This document shows, piece by piece, positions 5,812 to 11,238 of a DNA stretch of 11,238 nucleotides. The notes beneath the pieces were generated by a model. The model was given only the letters and a program-made list of their open reading frames with translations. It did no database searches and was not told where the DNA came from. The DNA is taken from the NCBI GenBank assembly GCA_016840065.1, contig JAEOTB010000016.1, forward strand, positions 1-11,238, in the 5' to 3' direction. Both the position numbers and the translations under genes were made by a program. The stretch is from Candidatus Hermodarchaeota archaeon. GTDB taxonomy: Archaea; Asgardarchaeota; Hermodarchaeia; Hermodarchaeales; Hermodarchaeaceae. Numbering within the stretch: the first letter of the stretch is position 1; every line of letters begins with the position of its first letter.

Positions 5812-7536
5812 CTAATAGAACGGATGTCGCCACACTTCTAGTTGTAACTCGTACGCACTCCCATGGGAATCACAAGTACTCATTAGCCACTCGGTGAAAT
5901 ACCCTTCTTGATTATAAGACTTTGATCCTTGTTGTGTTGTGGAGATACCTAAGCCATAGGCGGTTCTGGTACCATACCAATGGGGACTTTCCTCGATGTC
6001 ATAGAATGGAGCTGGTGTTGCTGTAAGCCAATAGAGCTCTTTTTCCGTGAAGGATAACATGTAATCAACAATGATATCCTCACTATCGAACATATCTCGG
6101 ATGTCATTAATGGCACCCATAACTGCAGATGCCAGACCCAGAACACCTCCCGCGACTCCACCAGTGACGATGTAGGATAGTGCGGTAAGCACTATCTCCA
6201 ATACATCTAGGAGGGTATCTAGCCAACCAGGTAACTCATCGACTTCAAGTCCAACGTAATAAAGAACTACTTCACCAGTAGGGTCAATCCATAATGGCGG
6301 ATGAAGGCGTGGAGACCCTGTGCTGCGAACAACACCTTCTTGAAAAGGCGCACCATCAAAGTGCTGATTCCTCGCCACTACTAACTCCGTTAAATCAGAT
6401 GAATCCTTAGAAGCATAGGTAAAGGTGGAGTAGAGTGAAACTTCATCATACTCTTCGTCCGTGGCCCGATCACACCCCATAAAGGAGAGTCTGAATTGAT
6501 ACAGCTGATTTTTCCATGTTGAAGCCGGAATGATAACTCGAAAGACTGGACATAACCAGGTTTCTCGTTGACCAATATCTGGGTGTTCGCTAGGCGGGTT
6601 ATTTCTTATCGAAAAAGCATATTGACCAGGTTCTAGGTACGGTAGTGAAAACGTCGCGTTGTCACGTTGTTGATTCCATTCGAGGTCCTCTCTTTGATGC
6701 CCAAAAATGAACGCCTCGGTTCGATGAACCTGCGTCCAAGTGCGTCCCTCAATCTTGTATATTATTACATCAGCAAAGATGTCATAGAAATTCATTCCAG
6801 TAAGTTTGATGACCTCATTTGCACTGAAAGTGGGTAGCGGAATGAAACGAGGGACTTCTAGACCACCCCTTACTTGAAATATCGAAAAAGGTGAGGGGTC
6901 TCTCTGAGGGGTTGTAACGTTGAATATAAACGGTGTATACACGTATGGATTAACAACTACTGGTCGGGACGACGGTTCAGGAATACCATTTATTTCGGGT
7001 GGTGGTGTTGGCGTAAATTCCTCAGTGAGGTTAAAGGCTAGACCTGGACGTTCAAGTTTAAAGTCACTGAACGCGATGTTGTTCTGGTATAGTTGTACTC
7101 GTTTTGCTACCAAGTACGCAGCAAAGTCATTAGTGATATTATCTAAATCAATTATACTCGAGAGCGGCAAATCGAAATAGTCCGGATGGAAGAGTGGTTC
7201 GGCATCATCCATGTATTGGTGGTACCGTTGGAGTAACCCCTGAATTTCTCCAATTACTGCAGGCGTAGCATTGGTCATCGCCTCCCCAACAAGCTCGTCG
7301 AAATAATCTTCATCGTATCCGTTGAGATAGCGTTCAATATAGTGGAGGATAAAAGGGGTCACAGGATCAGGTATTGGGTCATTATCCACTCTACGGGCTA
7401 TCTTTTCTTCGAAGCTGCGTGGTATCTCCTGCCTGAAAAGTGGAAAGAGAAATGGAAGTACAAAGAACCAGATGAGTATAATGCAAATTAAAATTATCGC
7501 GATAATCCCAATGACTGTTTTCCGTTTCAAAATCAT
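5812..7536 (-). CDS. N-terminally membrane-anchored multidomain protein, ~574 aa, unknown function (helical region, Pro linker, IPT/Ig-like domain, acidic beta domain with inserted hydrophobic hairpin)
   Basis: Long ORF. ATG7536 is preceded by AGGAG, which overlaps the upstream TAA (7547-7541); the ORF track start 7566 lies inside the upstream gene. N-terminus is MILKRK followed by a ~25-residue hydrophobic anchor. Domain calls are by eye. Confidence 0.85.
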   Translation of the reverse strand: MILKRKTVIGIIAIILICIILIWFFVLPFLFPLFRQEIPRSFEEKIARRVDNDPIPDPVTPFILHYIERYLNGYDEDYFDELVGEAMTNATPAVIGEIQGLLQRYHQYMDDAEPLFHPDYFDLPLSSIIDLDNITNDFAAYLVAKRVQLYQNNIAFSDFKLERPGLAFNLTEEFTPTPPPEINGIPEPSSRPVVVNPYVYTPFIFNVTTPQRDPSPFSIFQVRGGLEVPRFIPLPTFSANEVIKLTGMNFYDIFADVIIYKIEGRTWTQVHRTEAFIFGHQREDLEWNQQRDNATFSLPYLEPGQYAFSIRNNPPSEHPDIGQRETWLCPVFRVIIPASTWKNQLYQFRLSFMGCDRATDEEYDEVSLYSTFTYASKDSSDLTELVVARNQHFDGAPFQEGVVRSTGSPRLHPPLWIDPTGEVVLYYVGLEVDELPGWLDTLLDVLEIVLTALSYIVTGGVAGGVLGLASAVMGAINDIRDMFDSEDIIVDYMLSFTEKELYWLTATPAPFYDIEESPHWYGTRTAYGLGISTTQQGSKSYNQEGYFTEWLMSTCDSHGSAYELQLEVWRHPFY

Positions 7537-7544
7537 GCATCTCC

Positions 7545-10004
7545 TTATTTCCTTCTGCGTTTCCATATCAGAATAAGCACAATCGCTACGACGATTATGA
7601 TAGCTACTACAACTATTATCAAAATCAATGTGAGATCTGGAGGTACAATGAACTCTGTGTAAGTGATGGTGACGCCGGTAATGACAGCTGTGTTGTAGTC
7701 ATTTACGCTAGACAGAACGACGCACCAACGTAGGTCGCTTCCGGTGTGGTTGATGGTGAGGGGTGTTCCGGGGGTTATCGGTTCCCAGTTGAGTCCTCCG
7801 TCTCCAGAAATATACCAGGTTAGGGCAGTGCCAGATGGTGTTTGCCCTGTGTAGGTGAGTGTAGCAGTGTCAATCGGGTTGGTGGTGGTATCCACAGCTA
7901 GTGATTGGGCTACACAGGTAGTGATGAATGTATCCGCGGCACTACGCAGGAATCGAAAGATGAGAAGTGAGTCGCGGTTCGCGACATAAGCGTAATCACC
8001 GTGGATGGAAAGGCGAAGAGCGGCCATCCCTGCGTCAGTATAATTGGCTAGTTGTTGAATATGGGTGGGGTATTCAGCTGATAGGAGGTAGATTCCGCCT
8101 TGACGTTCAGTCGCTAGTATGTAGTCTCCAAAGATGGCTACATCATAAGTTCTGTTGTTTCCTGGCGGGTCATAGGAATCTAGCCAGGTGGAGATGCTCC
8201 ATGGATCAGTAACGTTTACTAAGTAGGTGCCAAAGCTACCATCAGCGAGGGCACAAAAGTCCCCCTTAACGTCAACGCCCTCTAAATACGTTAATTCCAG
8301 ATGGCTTGTGAGTTTTAGGTTGCTAAGGTCAGTAGCGTCGTAGACGTATAGGCCCCGGTCAGTGAATGTGGAAAAATCATTCGCAGTACAATATATGGAG
8401 TGTCCTTGTTTGTGAACTGCTGTGTAGTTATACCCGTGACCGACTATATCAATGTCGACGTTGATGTTAAAGGGGTTTGAGATGTTAACGAGGATTAATC
8501 CGTAGGTTCCATCAGCCACGCAGGCGACATCCCCGTCTACGCAGAGCCCATAGCCTTCCGAGAAGTGGCGGCGGGAGCGAAAGATGGGATTAGCAGGGTC
8601 TGAGACATCGACAGCCCAAAGTCCTCGACTCGCACTCACCGAGGAGGTGTCTAGTACAAAACAATAGGGGCCCTGTGCATCGATGGCGATGTAATTCACG
8701 GTTGTGGCGTGGCTATATTGGGTGATAAGTGTAGGATTCGCGGGATCGTTCACGTCGAGTGCTAGTAATCCATCAGCACCCGCTGCGACGAAAGCCGTAT
8801 CGCCTTGGACAACAACGTCCCATGCCTCATAGGTGCTGTAACTTCCAACCAAAGGCAAATCGGTGGCGACCATTCCAACTCTGTAGATTTGAATGTCGTC
8901 AGCTGTTCCGATGACGATGTGTTCACCAAAGAGCGCCGCATCATACGCAGTAATCCCGCTAATGGCATCCACATAGATTACATTTGTAGGATTTGAGACA
9001 TCGAGAATTTGGATTCCACCGGTGAGGTCTGCGACGAAAAGGGTATGCCCCTGTAGCGCAAGCCGTTGCGCATTACCTGGTGTGTTATAACTGCCGAGAA
9101 TAGTGGGCGTTGCGGTATCACTGACATCGACTATCTGGACACCACTCGGACCATCCGCGACGTAGGCGATGGTTCCATCGACGAGGACATCAGTAGCGTT
9201 CCCTGGAGTATTGACACTGCCCAGAGATGTAACCGACGAGGGGTTCGATACATTATAGATTGAAAGCCCATTCGTCCCTTCAGCGAGGAAAGCGAGTTGA
9301 CCCTGCACCTCCAATCCAAGGAATTCAGAGAGTGCCACTCCGCCAACCCCAGCAAGTTGGCTTGGGTCTTCAATATCGATGATAGCTAAATCATTAGTGG
9401 TGCTGCCGAAGACGGAGACATAGAGGAAATGTCCCTGTATTTCAAAATCTGTGATTTTACCGTTACCTCCAGGTAGTATTACATCGAGACCAGTAATTTG
9501 ATACGGATTGCTTATATTGTATGCTCCAATCCAGGGTGTTCCGTCAGAATCACCTACGAACCCCACATCGCCCTCCACTTCTACTGATAACAGATAATCT
9601 GCAGGAGATATCGTATCGAGTGGATCTATAATATTGACGTCGGAGATGTTAAAAATCCGAAAGGAATCTAGACCGACCGTTGGGTCATAGAGCACGGCGT
9701 ATGCTTTCCGACCTTGGACATCTAGGGATCGGACAGGGTAAGGTGTTGTATAGTTGGCGGTTTTCGTTATGTAGTAGTATCGGGGGTTACTGATTGCACC
9801 ATTGCCCCATCCTTCGGTTGTGGTTGCTAAGCTGTCTTGAAAAGTAGAAGTTGTGAAGTCCTCAGTGTAGGTTCCAGTGGCGCGGAACGGGGAGCCAGAG
9901 GCTAGTCCAGAAGAAGATGGCAACACGGTGATGAATAGAATCCACAACAGGAGTGAAATAGTAAGAAGTTGGAGCCGACGGTACTTTGGATGAGTAGAAC
10001 TCAT
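7545..10004 (-). CDS. LVIVD-repeat beta-propeller cell-surface protein, ~819 aa, with signal peptide and C-terminal TM anchor
   Basis: 14 repeats of ~41-49 aa such as DVLVDGTIAYVADGPSGVQIVDVSD. Ends PPD-LTLILIIVVVAIIIVVAIVLILIW-KRRRK. GGAGG (10018-10014) abuts ATG10013, so ATG10004 (9-nt spacer) is the preferred start. Confidence 0.92.
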   Translation of the reverse strand: MSSTHPKYRRLQLLTISLLLWILFITVLPSSSGLASGSPFRATGTYTEDFTTSTFQDSLATTTEGWGNGAISNPRYYYITKTANYTTPYPVRSLDVQGRKAYAVLYDPTVGLDSFRIFNISDVNIIDPLDTISPADYLLSVEVEGDVGFVGDSDGTPWIGAYNISNPYQITGLDVILPGGNGKITDFEIQGHFLYVSVFGSTTNDLAIIDIEDPSQLAGVGGVALSEFLGLEVQGQLAFLAEGTNGLSIYNVSNPSSVTSLGSVNTPGNATDVLVDGTIAYVADGPSGVQIVDVSDTATPTILGSYNTPGNAQRLALQGHTLFVADLTGGIQILDVSNPTNVIYVDAISGITAYDAALFGEHIVIGTADDIQIYRVGMVATDLPLVGSYSTYEAWDVVVQGDTAFVAAGADGLLALDVNDPANPTLITQYSHATTVNYIAIDAQGPYCFVLDTSSVSASRGLWAVDVSDPANPIFRSRRHFSEGYGLCVDGDVACVADGTYGLILVNISNPFNINVDIDIVGHGYNYTAVHKQGHSIYCTANDFSTFTDRGLYVYDATDLSNLKLTSHLELTYLEGVDVKGDFCALADGSFGTYLVNVTDPWSISTWLDSYDPPGNNRTYDVAIFGDYILATERQGGIYLLSAEYPTHIQQLANYTDAGMAALRLSIHGDYAYVANRDSLLIFRFLRSAADTFITTCVAQSLAVDTTTNPIDTATLTYTGQTPSGTALTWYISGDGGLNWEPITPGTPLTINHTGSDLRWCVVLSSVNDYNTAVITGVTITYTEFIVPPDLTLILIIVVVAIIIVVAIVLILIWKRRRK

Positions 10005-10097
10005 GATATCCATCCTCCGAAATAGATACCAGAAAGGTGATGTCGCAGCGACTAACCTATTCTAGTAGAATCTGCCAGCAAGGATGTGTCGAGGTGG

Positions 10098-10205
10098 TTT
10101 TTTAAATTGTGTAACCTAAATCGTCACCAAAACGACAAAAAACGAGGAACATTCCGTCGTTTTACTAACAACTAAAAGTTTCGGGGCGTTCCTAGATACT
10201 TATAA
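10098..10205. promoter_or_regulatory. Divergent promoter region with two candidate TATA boxes and a central inverted repeat
   Basis: Minus-strand TTTAAAAAA at 10106-10098 (for the LVIVD gene), plus-strand TTATAA at 10200-10205 (for HEAT-4), and AAAACGAC...GTCGTTTT (10129-10136/10156-10163) between them. Confidence 0.4.
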
Positions 10206-10250
10206 CCTATGGATGCTAATCTTCCATTTAGGTGTGAGGAGCGAAGCCCC

Positions 10251-10847
10251 GTGTTATCAAGTCAGTTCGATGAAGAAACTGGGCAGGCGATTGAGCAGCA
10301 CCTCAAGGATATTGAATCCTCGAAGGAGCGAGTCCGGAAAGCAGCAATATCTGCGCTAAGACGGATAGGGGAGCCCGCCATAAAGCCCCTGATAGCCCTA
10401 CTGAAGCACGAGAGGGCAGATGTCCGTAAAAGGGCTGTAAAGGCTCTGGGGCGTATACGTGACACACAGGCACTGGAACCCTTGCTGGATATCCTCCAGA
10501 AGGATGAAGAAGAAATCGTACGCTCAAGGGCAGCTTGGGCGTTGGGCGAACTCAGGGACAGGGAGGCAGTTGAAGCCCTGATATCCGCCTTGGAAGGAGA
10601 CGAATACATTGTCCGGGTAAAGGCTGCTGAAGCCCTGGGCGCACTTCGAGACCCAAGGGGAGTGGATGTCCTCCTAGAGGAGCTCAAGAGCACGGACTGG
10701 AGCCTGCGCCTTATGTCCGCTTGGTCCCTTGGAATGATTGGTGACCCCCGAGCGCTGAAGCCCTTGAAGAAGGCGCTTAAGGACGAGGAAAACGAAGCTG
10801 TCCTGGAAGCCCTGGAAGAAGCCCTAGCCGAACTAAAGAGCAAGTAG
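10251..10847 (+). CDS. HEAT-repeat protein, paralogue 4, ~198 aa
   Basis: Repeats VRKRAVKALGRIRD, VRSRAAWALGELRD, VRVKAAEALGALRD. GTG10251 has GAGGAG at 10236-10241; in-frame ATG10209 is only 3 nt from the candidate TATA box. Confidence 0.9.
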   Translation: MLSSQFDEETGQAIEQHLKDIESSKERVRKAAISALRRIGEPAIKPLIALLKHERADVRKRAVKALGRIRDTQALEPLLDILQKDEEEIVRSRAAWALGELRDREAVEALISALEGDEYIVRVKAAEALGALRDPRGVDVLLEELKSTDWSLRLMSAWSLGMIGDPRALKPLKKALKDEENEAVLEALEEALAELKSK

Positions 10848-10946
10848 TGGAATTGTATTTCCTCTTGTAAGAATCAGTGAATCCATTCCTGATTATACAC
10901 TTTTAAGGAATTAGATAGGATGGGCTGCTGAAAGGAGAGAATATTC

Positions 10947-11238
10947 ATGAGGAAAGTTAATCTTATTTTAGCTGGTATTGTTTTCATAGGATTGATTTCT
11001 GTAATTCCATGTATTCTTGTCCAGTCCTCGTCCCTATCTTCTGCTGGACATGTCGAAAACGGATCGCGTAATCTCGCTCAGCCCTTATCAGATTTCACCG
11101 TTGTGCGGTTCTATTTGTCACCAGACGCTCTCGATGTCGATGCCAATCTCGTGCCCATCACGCTTGAGGTCTTCTTTTCCTTCGATTACAATGCCTCTTT
11201 TGACCAACTGGAGATAGATGTGTTCTTCTGCGAAGATA
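10947..11238 (+). CDS. 5' part of a secreted or membrane-anchored protein (runs off the window)
   Basis: AGGAG at 10933-10937, ATG10947, open for 97 codons to the window end: MRKVNLILAGIVFIGLISVIPCILVQSSSLSSAGHVENGSRNLAQPLSDFTVVRFYLSPDALDVDANLVPITLEVFFSFDYNASFDQLEIDVFFCED. Signal-peptide-like N-terminus. Not in the supplied ORF track. Confidence 0.8.
   Translation, partial: MRKVNLILAGIVFIGLISVIPCILVQSSSLSSAGHVENGSRNLAQPLSDFTVVRFYLSPDALDVDANLVPITLEVFFSFDYNASFDQLEIDVFFCED

Noticed and set aside
10262-10843. 193-aa antisense ORF and 10303..10527(-)
   Set aside because: Antisense shadows of the HEAT-4 gene; the Ser-rich composition mirrors its Glu/Ala codons.
7545-10847. Beta-propeller next to alpha-solenoid as a protocoatomer-like membrane coat
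   Set aside because: The propeller has a signal peptide and C-terminal anchor (extracellular), the HEAT proteins are short and cytoplasmic, and the two are not fused.
11017-11217. 66-aa plus-strand ORF
   Set aside because: It lies out of frame within the better-supported ORF starting at ATG10947.
1-11238. Mobile element or diversity-generating retroelement explaining repeat variability
   Set aside because: No transposase, integrase or reverse transcriptase ORF, and I saw no template/variable repeat pair differing only at adenines.

Overview
Gene-dense prokaryotic window, most likely archaeal and plausibly Asgard (Thorarchaeia/Hermodarchaeia-like). This is an inference from AGGTG/AGGAGTGA-type SD motifs, GTG/TTG starts, the style of the LRR protein, and sequon-rich surface proteins with a C-terminal TM and basic tail. 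Contents in order: a small 2-TM protein; three tandem PBS-lyase/alphaRep-type HEAT-repeat paralogues; a convergent 24-aa-repeat LRR protein; a UbiA-superfamily prenyltransferase; a minus-strand block of three membrane-anchored proteins (a small type-I membrane protein, a ~574-aa multidomain protein with a Gly-rich hydrophobic helical hairpin, and a 14-blade LVIVD beta-propeller protein); a fourth HEAT paralogue; and the 5' end of a secreted protein missing from the ORF track. I found no rRNA, tRNA, transposase or true CRISPR array. The main point of interest is the clustering of three kinds of variable-surface repeat binders (HEAT, LRR, LVIVD) around a possible membrane-inserting protein, which may be an undescribed recognition or conflict locus. 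All functional interpretations are hypotheses made without database searches.
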